From an uncultured Spirochaetota bacterium (lineage in GTDB: Bacteria > Spirochaetota > Spirochaetia > SZUA-6 > Fen-1364), in the NCBI GenBank assembly GCA_963845535.1, contig CAWJSK010000019.1:384001-448000 (forward strand): 64,000 nucleotides of DNA, given 5' to 3'. Each line of letters opens with the position of its first letter. The first letter of the stretch is position 1. Of the stretch, positions 29,916 through 39,170 are shown in pieces. A program made the translations under genes and the position numbers. The notes beneath the pieces were generated by a model. That model did not search any database. It was not told where the DNA came from and saw only the letters and a list, made by a program, of their open reading frames with translations.

Positions 29916-30863
29916 TCAGGATACCTCCTTCTCTTCGGTGATGAGGTTGAGGAAGATGTCCTCCAGCGTGAGGTCCATGGTCTTCATCATCAGGATGGGA
30001 TACCCGGCCTTGGCCAACGCGTTGAAGAGCGGTCGGCGGATGTCCGTCTCACGCTTTGCCTCCACCACCACGTCAACGGTGTCCGGCTCCTTTTTGCCAA
30101 TGGCGTCGGCCTTGATCACGTTGTCCAGCTTGCGGATGAGAGCCAGGACGTCACGCTCCGCCGCCGCGATGCGCAGCGTCAGGCGGTTGTCCCCGACGAG
30201 GCCGCGGGAGAGGTTTTCCGGCGTGTCGCTTGCGACGATCTTTCCCTTGTTGATGATGAGCACGCGCGTGCAGACCGCCTGCACCTCGGGAAGGATGTGG
30301 GAGCTGAGGATGATGGTGTGCTCCTTGCCCAGCTCGCGGATGAGGTTTCTCGTCTCGATGATCTGCTGGGGATCCAGGCCGATGGTCGGTTCATCGAGGA
30401 TGAGCACCGGCGGTGTGCCAATGAGCGACTGGGACAGGCCCACGCGCTGCTTGTACCCCTTGGACAGGTTCTTGATGAGCCTGCCGCTCATGTCCGTGAT
30501 CATGGTGCGTTCCATGGCCTTGTCGATGTTTTCCTTGCGCCGAGCCCGGGGAACGGACTTGATGTCGGCCACGAAGGACAGGTAGTCCTTGACCGTCATA
30601 TCCACGTACAGCGGAGGCTGCTCGGGCATGTAGCCGATCTGCCTCTTCACTTCCTGCGGCTCCTCCAGGATGTCGTGACCGTCCAGCTTCACGGAGCCTT
30701 CCGTGGCGGAGAGGTAGCCGGTGATGATGTTCATGGTGGTGGATTTTCCAGCACCGTTGGGTCCAAGAAAGCCGAGGATCTCACCCTTGTTGACGAGGAA
30801 ATCAAGGTGATCAACCGCGACGCGCTGTCCGTACTTTTTGGTGACGCTCTCGACCTGTATCAA
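29916..30863 (-). CDS. ABC transporter ATP-binding protein (GldA-like)
   Basis: GPNGAGKST, LSKGYKQR, ILDEPT, SSHIL. Confidence 0.95.
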   Translation of the reverse strand: MIQVESVTKKYGQRVAVDHLDFLVNKGEILGFLGPNGAGKSTTMNIITGYLSATEGSVKLDGHDILEEPQEVKRQIGYMPEQPPLYVDMTVKDYLSFVADIKSVPRARRKENIDKAMERTMITDMSGRLIKNLSKGYKQRVGLSQSLIGTPPVLILDEPTIGLDPQQIIETRNLIRELGKEHTIILSSHILPEVQAVCTRVLIINKGKIVASDTPENLSRGLVGDNRLTLRIAAAERDVLALIRKLDNVIKADAIGKKEPDTVDVVVEAKRETDIRRPLFNALAKAGYPILMMKTMDLTLEDIFLNLITEEKEVS

Positions 30864-30962
30864 GGCATTCTCCTTTCTACCGTCTTTTCAGGCGTTTCCT
30901 TCGGATTGTTCGTCGAACGCGGCAACGCATGAGTACACTAAAAAAGACATCATGTGAATATC

Positions 30963-31652
30963 TTATGAAGCCAGGTCCAGGATCTCCCTCAAATCGCTGA
31001 TCACGAACAGAGGCGGTGCTCCCGGCCCCGGCCAGGGTTGCCCTTTGGGCGCGTACCAGCACGCATCTATCCCCGCAGCCCGCGCGCCTTCAATGTCCGA
31101 CCCCGGGTTGTCACCGATGCAGAGCAGCTCCTCCGGGGGAATCGATATGGCTTTGACGGCGGCATGGAAAAAGCGCGGGTCAGGTTTCGCTATTCCGAGC
31201 TCCTCCGAAATGATGAGGGCCTGGAAATGACGGCCAATGCCCGACCTGGCGAGACGTCCCCTCTGCACCATCCCTATCCCGTTCGTCACGAGGGCCAGCG
31301 CAAAGGACCGTGACAGCTCCTCGATGACCTCGCGCGCGAATGGCAGGAAATAGGCCCGCTCGGAGAGTTGCTGCAGGTATTGCGCGGAGATTGCACCCGC
31401 GTCTCCTTCGGTACGCAGGGCGTCCAAGAGGCCTTGAAACCTGCCGGACTTGAGCTCCTCCAGGCTCACGATGCCCTGCTCGAACTTCCGCCAGAACCCC
31501 GCATTGATCCCGCGATAGGCTTCCAGCGCCTCCTCCAGCGGCACCGCGGGGAGCGCTGCGCCCAGCGTTGCCGTGAGCGCCTCCGTTTCCGCACGGTCAT
31601 AGTCGAAGATCGTGTTGTCAGCGTCGAAGAGAAAACCCTTGTACCTTTTCAT
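30963..31652 (-). CDS. YjjG-family HAD pyrimidine nucleotidase
   Basis: FDADNTI, TNG, KPDP, IGDNPGSDIEGA. Confidence 0.88.
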   Translation of the reverse strand: MKRYKGFLFDADNTIFDYDRAETEALTATLGAALPAVPLEEALEAYRGINAGFWRKFEQGIVSLEELKSGRFQGLLDALRTEGDAGAISAQYLQQLSERAYFLPFAREVIEELSRSFALALVTNGIGMVQRGRLARSGIGRHFQALIISEELGIAKPDPRFFHAAVKAISIPPEELLCIGDNPGSDIEGARAAGIDACWYAPKGQPWPGPGAPPLFVISDLREILDLAS

Positions 31653-31730
31653 CTGATATGGAAATCATCCGGAAAAAACGCTTGCGGGGCAAGGGCACGG
31701 CGCGCTGCGCTCGGCGAATCATCGGCATGC

Positions 31731-31758
31731 TTGACTTTTTTGCGAGTATTGATAAATT
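31731..31758 (+). promoter_or_regulatory. sigma70-type promoter of the small Zn-ribbon gene
   Basis: TTGACT-N16-TAAATT with TG extension, in an AT-rich patch. Confidence 0.55.
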
Positions 31759-31846
31759 TACGAAGTTTCCGAAGGTTCTCCGCTTACCCCTGTCAGGAAA
31801 GAAGCAGAGACTCAATTTCAAACCCTATGAAAGGAGGCTAATGAAC

Positions 31847-32023
31847 ATGGCCGAGGTTATCAGCAAGAACGCAAGGGTCGGGGTCGTCACGCAGAAGTTT
31901 TTCTGCACCTGTGGCGGCGAGGTGAAGATGAAGCACGTCTTCAATAATGGAAAGCTGCGGAACGTCGCTCAGTGCGAAAAGTGCCAGCGGCAGGAGCGCA
32001 AGCCCAGCGACTTCAAGGCCTAA
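31847..32023 (+). CDS. small basic zinc-ribbon protein (58 aa), function unknown
   Basis: Strong RBS AAGGAGG; CTCGG...CEKC; genome-typical codon usage. Confidence 0.8.
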   Translation: MAEVISKNARVGVVTQKFFCTCGGEVKMKHVFNNGKLRNVAQCEKCQRQERKPSDFKA

Positions 32024-32024
32024 A

Positions 32025-32120
32025 GAGGTCGGTCGAGTGCAGGGATGTACGAGAGACCGACCATAGCCAGGGATGGCGAGGTCGGTCGAGTACAGGGATG
32101 TATGAGAGACCGACCATAGC
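32025..32120 (+). repeat. two 43-bp palindromic units (53-bp period) joined by a CAGGGATG mini-hairpin
   Basis: GAGGTCGGTCGAGT(G/A)CAGGGATGTA(C/T)GAGAGACCGACCATAGC at 32025 and 32078, 41/43 identical. Confidence 0.95.
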
Positions 32121-32150
32121 AAAGCCGAATTGCGCCTGGTATGCGGGAGC

Positions 32151-32197
32151 AACCCACGGAAGCGCCGCGAAAGCGGTTGCGCGAAGTGGGTTTTTTT
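32151..32197 (+). terminator. intrinsic terminator
   Basis: AACCCAC...CCGC-GAAA-GCGG...GTGGGTT followed by a T run. Confidence 0.7.
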
Positions 32198-32939
32198 ATG
32201 CCCCGGCGGCCCGCCATTGGCGGACCTGCTCGGTTATCTCGATTTTGATTCTGGCCAGCAGGTCCAGGATCTCTTTCTTCCCCCGAGGGGCAGGGTACAG
32301 GGTCAGAGGCCGTATCCTGTACCACGTCCCGTTCATTTTTGTCAGGATCCGGCCCAGACCGGAAATCCGGTAACCGCCGTCGACGGCCACGGAAAGGACG
32401 GGCAGGGGGGACCGTTCCAGGATGATGCGAAACGCGCCGCTTTGGAAATCCTGGACCTCTCCGGTGCGCGACCTCGTTCCCTCCGGGAAAACCGTCGGGC
32501 AAATGCCGTCAGCCGAAAGGTCCGCCAGCTTGACCATCGCCCTTCGGCCCGCCCTATAGTCGCTCGTGCGCGATATCACGGCGTGCCTGCCCATTCGTAG
32601 CGCCACAGAGACATACGGGACTCCGTACTTGAGCTGGCTTTTTGCGACGAATCGAAGGTGGTGCCCCGGAACCACCAGGGGAAGAAAGACCACGTCGGCA
32701 AGGCTCTGGTGATTCGACACCAGCATGAAAGCCCTGGGCAGGGAACCAGCGTAACGTCGAAAGTCGGTGCGCAGTCCTCCAAAGCCCGCAAGGTAGGCAA
32801 GCCCTCTTCCAATGGAGAACTGCTGCTCGGTGACTTTCCGCATGGCGTCCTGGGGCCGGAAGACTGCCGTCAGCAAAAGCACCAGTGAGCCGCGCAGGAA
32901 CAAGCCAAGCCCGCCAAGGATCAGGACCAGGATTCCCAC
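32196..32939 (-). CDS. lysophospholipid acyltransferase (PlsC family)
   Basis: NHQSLAD (HX4D), FVAK, FPEGTRS. Confidence 0.9.
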   Translation of the reverse strand: MGILVLILGGLGLFLRGSLVLLLTAVFRPQDAMRKVTEQQFSIGRGLAYLAGFGGLRTDFRRYAGSLPRAFMLVSNHQSLADVVFLPLVVPGHHLRFVAKSQLKYGVPYVSVALRMGRHAVISRTSDYRAGRRAMVKLADLSADGICPTVFPEGTRSRTGEVQDFQSGAFRIILERSPLPVLSVAVDGGYRISGLGRILTKMNGTWYRIRPLTLYPAPRGKKEILDLLARIKIEITEQVRQWRAAGA

Positions 32940-32943
32940 TCCG

Positions 32944-33828
32944 CTACTCCCGAACGTCCGTGATCACCTTCCCTATCTCGCGGATGAAGGCCGGGCTGGT
33001 CCCGCAGCAGCCCCCGATCAGCCTGACGCCGGCCTCCAGGATTGCCGGTACGTAGGAGGCGTACTGTTCGGCGGTGAGGGGGTATGCAACTTTTCCTCCG
33101 ATAATGTGCGGGATGCCCGCATTCGCCTTGACCCAGAGCGGGAGCCGTGTCAGCTCTCGAAGGATGGGGGCGAGCGGAACGTAGTCTTCGATTCCGCTGC
33201 CGCAGTTGGCCCCTATGACGGCGGCCCCTGCCTTCTCCGCTTTCTCCACGCACGCCTCGGGAGGATTGCCCATCATGGTGCGGTAGCCGTGCGGCGTCTT
33301 GTTGTAGGTCATGCTTGCCACGACGGGGAGGCCGGTTTCCTCCGCTGCCGCGGAGACCGCCAGCGCCATTTCTTCAGCGTCCGTCATGGACTCAACGACA
33401 AGCAGGTCCACCCCGCCTTCCGCGAGCGCCAGCGCTTGCTCCGAGAAGGCGCGGCGAAGCTCCTCCGCGGAAACCTCCCCCAGGGCAAGGAAGCGGGCCG
33501 TGGGGCCTATGTCGCCTGCCAGCAGGGCGTTGTCCGCCACGATCTCCCGGGCCAGCGCCGCCGCCGTGCGGTTGATTTCCGCGGCCTTTTCGGAGAGCCC
33601 GTGCGGCTCCAGGCGGAACCGATTGGCCCCGAACGTATTGGTGAGGATGACGCGCGAGCCGGCGGACAGGTAGTCCCGTGTGATCTCCTGCACCATCTCG
33701 GGATGGGTCAGGTTCCACTCGTCAGGCGGGCACCCGGGCATGAGGCCCCGCTCGAAGAACTCGGTTCCCCAGGCGCCGTCCAGGAGAAGGGTTTTTTCCT
33801 TGCGAAGCAATTTCTCGAGCTCATTCAT
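32944..33828 (-). CDS. stand-alone homocysteine S-methyltransferase domain protein
   Basis: LLDGAWGT, TNTFGAN, GDIGP, GANC, NAGIP, IGGCCGT. Confidence 0.9.
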   Translation of the reverse strand: MNELEKLLRKEKTLLLDGAWGTEFFERGLMPGCPPDEWNLTHPEMVQEITRDYLSAGSRVILTNTFGANRFRLEPHGLSEKAAEINRTAAALAREIVADNALLAGDIGPTARFLALGEVSAEELRRAFSEQALALAEGGVDLLVVESMTDAEEMALAVSAAAEETGLPVVASMTYNKTPHGYRTMMGNPPEACVEKAEKAGAAVIGANCGSGIEDYVPLAPILRELTRLPLWVKANAGIPHIIGGKVAYPLTAEQYASYVPAILEAGVRLIGGCCGTSPAFIREIGKVITDVRE

Positions 33829-33895
33829 TCTGCGGCCATAGTACCGCGCGGCCGCCCTTGTGAAAAGGAGCCCGTTTCGCTACCCTGACCGCCGG

Positions 33896-35128
33896 ATGCG
33901 GGTTTTCCTCATCATCTATGCGGTCTACAGCGCAATCATCCTGGCTTTTCACCTCGCCCTTTCCGTTGGGCTGGTGCGCAATATCTTTTTGGATCGGCGT
34001 GTCCGGAAACAACGGCGCACCGCGCGTTCGGCCACCGCGCGTTCGGCCGCGGCGCGGAGACCGCGCGCGGAAGTGGTGGTCGCCGTACGCAACGAGGAGA
34101 AGACGCTTCCGGCCCTGCTTTCCTCACTTCGCGCGCAGACCGTCCCCGAGGTGAGGTTCCTCTTCGTGGATGATCGCTCCACGGATGCCACACCGGAGCT
34201 TCTTGACGAGTTTTGCGCCCAACTCGGTGACGACAAGGCGCGGGTGATCCACAATTCCAAGGAGCCCGAGGGGCTCACCGGCAAGCAGGCGGCGCTCGAT
34301 CTCGCCTTCGAGGCGTGTCGCGGCGACGTGCTTCTTTTTACGGACGGGGACTGCACGGTGCCGCCGGGCTGGTCGGAGGAGATGCTGGCCTGCTTTCAAG
34401 ACCCCGCTGTCGGCGTGGTGATCAGCCGCATCGAGCTGGAGGCGGACGGGAGCTTCCTCCAACGCTTCCAGGCTTTCGAGCAGCCTCTCTTGAACCAATA
34501 CAACCTGGGGTCCGTGGGCATCGGCCTGGCGACGGGGTGCTTCGGGAACAACATGGCGGTGCGCGCCGAAGCCGTGAAGGCCACCGGCGGGTTCCACGCG
34601 CTGGGCTACTCGGTCACGGAGGATGCAATGCTCCTGGACGCGGTGTGCCGCACGGGGGGCTGGAGTCCGCGGGCGCGTGTCAGCGCTGCCGGCGCCGCGC
34701 GCACCGTGGGGACCGTTCGCTGGGCTGACTACGTGAACCAGCACACGCGGTGGAACGCGGGAGGCCTTTTCTCCGAAGACCTCATCACGCGGATATCGTA
34801 CATCTTCGTCGTCCTGATCTACCTTACGGCCACCGTGTTTCTCCTGCCCGTCGGCATCCTGGACTGGCGCATTTCGGTCCTTTCCCTTACTTCGTTCGTC
34901 AGCATCGGCTTGCTGGGGGCAATCGGCGGGCTGTATGAAGGGAAGGACCGGCTCGGATATTACATCACGTTCCTGCCGTTCCTTGTCTTCTTCGGTTTTT
35001 TCTATGTCTTCGTCACGTTGAGGGCTTTTGCCATGAGGCCATTCGAATGGAAGGGGAGAGTGCTCACCGCCCGGTCCGGCCTCCGGCGAACTCCCGCTGG
35101 ACAAGAGCCAGGAACGCCTGCGGGGTGA
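33896..35128 (+). CDS. family 2 glycosyltransferase, membrane-bound
   Basis: VRNEE, VDDRSTD, GKQAAL, TDGDC, TED, QHTRW. Confidence 0.9.
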   Translation: MRVFLIIYAVYSAIILAFHLALSVGLVRNIFLDRRVRKQRRTARSATARSAAARRPRAEVVVAVRNEEKTLPALLSSLRAQTVPEVRFLFVDDRSTDATPELLDEFCAQLGDDKARVIHNSKEPEGLTGKQAALDLAFEACRGDVLLFTDGDCTVPPGWSEEMLACFQDPAVGVVISRIELEADGSFLQRFQAFEQPLLNQYNLGSVGIGLATGCFGNNMAVRAEAVKATGGFHALGYSVTEDAMLLDAVCRTGGWSPRARVSAAGAARTVGTVRWADYVNQHTRWNAGGLFSEDLITRISYIFVVLIYLTATVFLLPVGILDWRISVLSLTSFVSIGLLGAIGGLYEGKDRLGYYITFLPFLVFFGFFYVFVTLRAFAMRPFEWKGRVLTARSGLRRTPAGQEPGTPAG

Positions 35129-35849
35129 GGATGGGCACCCGCAGCGGTTCCCGCAGCCATTCCTCCTTGACGTACCCCCATGTTGCAAGAAGCGTCCTGA
35201 TCCGGGGAAGGCTCTTTCGGGTCAGGTCCGGGACAGCGGCCTCTTCGCACAGGAGGTGATCGATCTGGTCGTCCACAAAAGTCGCCTCGGTGAACCCGCC
35301 CTCCCTGCCGACCCGCGCCACGATATCGAGCTTCTTCTCTGATCCGCTGTAGATGATCCTTTCCCGTGGGAGATCGATTTTCTTGGCTGCAAGGATCTCC
35401 GCAATGAACTCGGCCTTTTTCGTGGAGAGGATGTACACGGGGGCGCCGCCGGACAATCGGGAGAAGGCCGCTGCCACGTGCGGGTAGATCCTGTTCATGG
35501 CAAGCCATGATTGCCTGTCGTTTTCCAGCAGATCGGCCCGCGCCCTGTAGAAAAGCTCGTGGAAGAGCCGGAGCTTCTCCTCGCCGGCCGCGCGCGCAAT
35601 GGCATCGAACTCGGATTGCCGGGTAACGTTCTCCCCTTTGTCCAGGATCTCCTGGATGAGCATGAAGTCCGCGCCGCCCCTGACGAGCGGCCGAAGGCGG
35701 GCAAAGTCACGCCGAAGGCTCACCGGCATGTACGCGGGGTGCCGCTGCAGGTAGAGGTCGAAATAGGCGATCCAGGAGCTGGCGAAGCATTCGTCGATGG
35801 AGTCGCAGATGACCCCGTCGAAATCAAGCACAAGCGCGCCCGTGCTCAT
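35064..35849 (-). CDS. HAD family hydrolase
   Basis: DFDGVICDS, STK, FVDD, LATWGY. Confidence 0.85.
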   Translation of the reverse strand: MSTGALVLDFDGVICDSIDECFASSWIAYFDLYLQRHPAYMPVSLRRDFARLRPLVRGGADFMLIQEILDKGENVTRQSEFDAIARAAGEEKLRLFHELFYRARADLLENDRQSWLAMNRIYPHVAAAFSRLSGGAPVYILSTKKAEFIAEILAAKKIDLPRERIIYSGSEKKLDIVARVGREGGFTEATFVDDQIDHLLCEEAAVPDLTRKSLPRIRTLLATWGYVKEEWLREPLRVPILTPQAFLALVQREFAGGRTGR

Positions 35850-37120
35850 GGGCTGGCGGCCACCCGGTCCTTTGCCAGTCGGTGGAGTATCTCCCCCGCG
35901 TGGTCCACGAAGAGAACGCCCTCATCCTCCCTGCCCTGGTAGTCCTCCACGCGGATGGCTGCCGGGTTGCGGTACCCGAGGTTGATCTTCCTGCACGTCT
36001 CCTCTGGTATGGCGGTGGCGAGCACGACGTCGATTCGAGGCTTCTCCACGCCGTCCACGCAGACGCCGATCCCGCGAACGTGAGTGGAATGCGCCAGCAC
36101 TCCCCGCGGGATGTCGCGGAACTGGTCCATCCGTCCCAGGAACCAGTCGCGCACGTGGTAGCCGGTGCGCTCGAGATAGCGGCCCCACGTGCGCGAGACT
36201 TCCCGCACGTGCGGCGCATAGATGATGAGGGTCCCGCCGGGAGCCACCACGGGCTCGAGCTTGTACATCACCTTGCCGGCGGTCCACAGCTCGTCGTACA
36301 TCTCGGGCGCCCTGCCGAGCACGGTCTGGTACGGCTTGTCCTTGTAGACGATATGGATTTGCGCGGACAGGTCCGCGGCGTCTGACCACGCCTCCTCAGG
36401 GGTGCCGGCGAAAAGGCCGGCGAGCGCGCCGTCCGGCCGCACCACCATGGCCAGGCAGGCGCGCGGCGTGGTGATCAAGGACGCCGCCATGTCGACCAGG
36501 GCCCGGACGGGGGTGGTCTTGCGTCCGATGATCTCGGGACACGTCACGACCGCGCCGAGCCAGTGGAAGAAATGGAGGAAGTCGCCACCGGATATGCCCG
36601 GGAACAGGTACTTGTTTCCGCCCGAAAACCCCACGACCTCATGGGGGAAGACGGGACCGAGGATGAGGATGAGGTCATAGTCGAAGACCGCGGAGTTGAT
36701 GACCACATCGACGCTCTCATGGAAGAGCCCGCCGGAAAGGCTGTCGATCTTTTCCGCGGAGAACGTCCCGATCTTCCGCAGCGTGGTGGGAAGGTCCCAG
36801 CGATGGTTGAAGAACCGGCTGCCGGGGAACACCCTCTCTTTCTGACCCGCGGGAATGCCAAAAAGCGCGTCGATCCTCTCCTCGCTGAGGACCGTGTGGG
36901 TGCCCAGGGCGACCATGAAATCCAGCCGGGACGCCCGCTTGCCAATGACGTCTTTGACGATCCTTGCCATGAGCGGCAACGGGCACGTTCGCGTGGGGTC
37001 CGGGGTGAGCACGAGCACGCGTTTCCTCGTGATCATGCTGGACGGGATTCCCCTTTCCACGATCCCCCGGATGTCACCCTCTGTGAGCCTTGCTTGCGCG
37101 TTCCCGCTTCCTGTCGCCAT
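35846..37120 (-). CDS. LarA (lactate racemase) superfamily protein
   Basis: PDPTR, ALGTH, NH, PHEVVGFSGGNK. Confidence 0.85.
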   Translation of the reverse strand: MATGSGNAQARLTEGDIRGIVERGIPSSMITRKRVLVLTPDPTRTCPLPLMARIVKDVIGKRASRLDFMVALGTHTVLSEERIDALFGIPAGQKERVFPGSRFFNHRWDLPTTLRKIGTFSAEKIDSLSGGLFHESVDVVINSAVFDYDLILILGPVFPHEVVGFSGGNKYLFPGISGGDFLHFFHWLGAVVTCPEIIGRKTTPVRALVDMAASLITTPRACLAMVVRPDGALAGLFAGTPEEAWSDAADLSAQIHIVYKDKPYQTVLGRAPEMYDELWTAGKVMYKLEPVVAPGGTLIIYAPHVREVSRTWGRYLERTGYHVRDWFLGRMDQFRDIPRGVLAHSTHVRGIGVCVDGVEKPRIDVVLATAIPEETCRKINLGYRNPAAIRVEDYQGREDEGVLFVDHAGEILHRLAKDRVAASP

Positions 37121-37260
37121 TCGAAGTCTCTCCCCCCCGCCTTTTGCATTCTAGGATACTGGAAAACATCATTCGGAAAAAGGGCGTGAGCGGGGCCAGT
37201 TCCGCGCAGAGCCCGACGCATTTGGTGTACCATCTCCACAGCTTCAGGTATATTGCAGCC

Positions 37261-38636
37261 GTGGAAAAGCTCATTTTCAGGGATTTTCTCTCCCGCTTCG
37301 ACGCCCAGGGACAGTTTCCCTGCTCGTGCGGCTTGACTCACGGCATCAGCGTCAGGAACGTGGTGGTTGAGGCTGGCGCCCTTGCGCGCGGCGCTTCCCT
37401 GCTGGCTGATGAAATGGGCTCAAAAGCCGCGGTCTGGGTTCTCAGTGACGAAAACACTGAGCGCGCGGCTGGAGCGGAGTGGAAAAAACGGCTCTCTTCA
37501 CCGCGGATCGTTTCCCATGTCCTGCCCGGCAACCCCGGCCGGTTCCAAGCGCCGAGCTTGCCGCCGAGCTTGCCGGGGAAGTCCGGGCAGCCTCCGCGGA
37601 CGTCCTTGTATCCGTGGGCAGCGGTGTGATAAGCGACCTGGTGAAGAAGGTCTCCCGGGACACCGGTGTGCCGAACTGGTGCGTCGCCACCGCTGCTTCC
37701 GTGGACGCGTTCTCCTCCGCCACCGCGGCCATCCACGTGGGCGGCTTCCACAACGCGGTTCCCGCGGCCGTGTCGCGGACAATCATCTGCGACCTGGAGG
37801 TAATCGAGAAGGCGCCGGGGATCATGATCCTGGCGGGCCTCGGCGACCTGCTTGCAAAGTTCATTGCGTACCTGGACTGGAACCTGTCCAGGATCATGAC
37901 CGGGGAACACTACTGCCCGATCATCTCCGGCGCGGCCATCGAGTCCGCCAGGCTTGCGCTGAAAGCGGCGCGGCGCCTGGAGGACGACCCTCGGGAGGCA
38001 GCCCGGGCGATGACGGATGCCGTGCTCACTTCGGGCTTTGCCATGCAGGCGTTCGGGGGCTCACGCCCCGCGGCTTCAGCCGAGCATACGGTGGCCCACT
38101 TCTGGGAAATTGCAGACGCCGTGCCGGTGGAACCGCTGGATCTCCACGGCATTCTCGTGGGCGTGGCCAGCCGGATCATTCTCCAGGGGTACACGGAGCT
38201 CTACAAAGCCATCGAGCGCCACACGACGGACGCGGACAGGCGGCTCCGAGAGTTCGACGCGGAGCCATCATGGGAAAAGAGCATGGAGCCGGGGCTCAAG
38301 CCGTACTCCGGGAAGGTGCGCGCCGAGATGGGTCTGAGAAAGTTCGACCGCGGAATCCTCGCGGAGAGGCTTTCGAGATTTGAAGCCGAGAAAGGCTCCA
38401 TTCTCCAAGCCGCAGTTCCGCTCCTGGAAGAGCTGTCGGCAGCCGTTGAGCTGCTGTCGTCTCTTGACTACCCGTTCTCCTACCGCGAGCTGGGCATCAG
38501 CACGGAGCAATGTCTGCTCCCGTGTCGCAATGTCCGCCTGCTGCGCTCCCGCTACTCGACGTTCGACCTGGCGTATGAGCTGGGCATGGAAAGCGACCTC
38601 TACGGGAACATCGAACGAAACGTGAGGGGGGGATGA
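37261..38636 (+). CDS. sn-glycerol-1-phosphate dehydrogenase-like, AraM/EgsA family (frameshift near 37535)
   Basis: N-terminal CSCG..H; VGSGVISD, TAASVDAFSS, AGLGDLLAK, SRPAASAEH..AH, HGILVG; halves lie in two frames around a C run. Confidence 0.8.
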
Positions 38637-39092
38637 TCAGATGCAGAAATCCTGGCCGGACCCCAGTCTTGCATAGTACTTCTTGCCGTTCTTTTCCATA
38701 ATGTCTTTCAACGTCACGCTGGACAGGTAATCTTCCATTATCTTCTGCAGCCCGGTCCATATCTCGTGCGCCGGGCACGGCTCCGGCCTGTCGCAAAGCG
38801 TCTTGCGGCGAAGCGTGCACGGGGTGAGCCCGTGGGTTTCACCAACTGCCGCGAGGATGTGGGCCACGGAGATTTCCCCGGGTTTCCTGTTGAGCACGAA
38901 CCCGCCGCCGGGTCCCCGTATGGAACGGATCAAGCCTGCCTTCTTCAGCTTGAAGAAAATCTGCTCCAGAAACTCGGAGGAAACCTTTTCTTCCGTGGCG
39001 ATAGAGCTGATGGAAATGGGACGGTTATGGTGCGCCATCGCGAGGTTGATGACTGCCCGCAGGCCGTATCTCCCCTTGGTTGTGATCCTCAT
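38637..39092 (-). CDS. Rrf2 family transcriptional regulator, IscR-like
   Basis: MRITTKGRYG, LEQIF..L, SIRGPGGGF; C-X7-C-X5-C-X2-H. Confidence 0.92.
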   Translation of the reverse strand: MRITTKGRYGLRAVINLAMAHHNRPISISSIATEEKVSSEFLEQIFFKLKKAGLIRSIRGPGGGFVLNRKPGEISVAHILAAVGETHGLTPCTLRRKTLCDRPEPCPAHEIWTGLQKIMEDYLSSVTLKDIMEKNGKKYYARLGSGQDFCI

Positions 39093-39170
39093 CTGTTTCT
39101 GGCCTTGTCATGATTATATTATTGTTATTGTAATGATTTATCAACTGGCGATGGCAATAAACGTGAAAAC

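Larger units (their letters stand above)
32024..32197 (+). ncRNA. candidate CsrA/RsmA-sequestering RNA or structured 3' UTR
   Basis: Three CAGGGATG-capped hairpins, further GGGA and ACGGA motifs, terminal hairpin plus U7. Confidence 0.45.

Noticed and set aside
32025..32120. CRISPR mini-array
   Set aside because: Only two units, the 10-bp linker repeats the same loop motif instead of a unique spacer, and no cas genes are present
34018..34047. 15-bp tandem duplication in the GT2 gene (TARSA x2)
   Set aside because: In-frame linker expansion with no sign of phase variation
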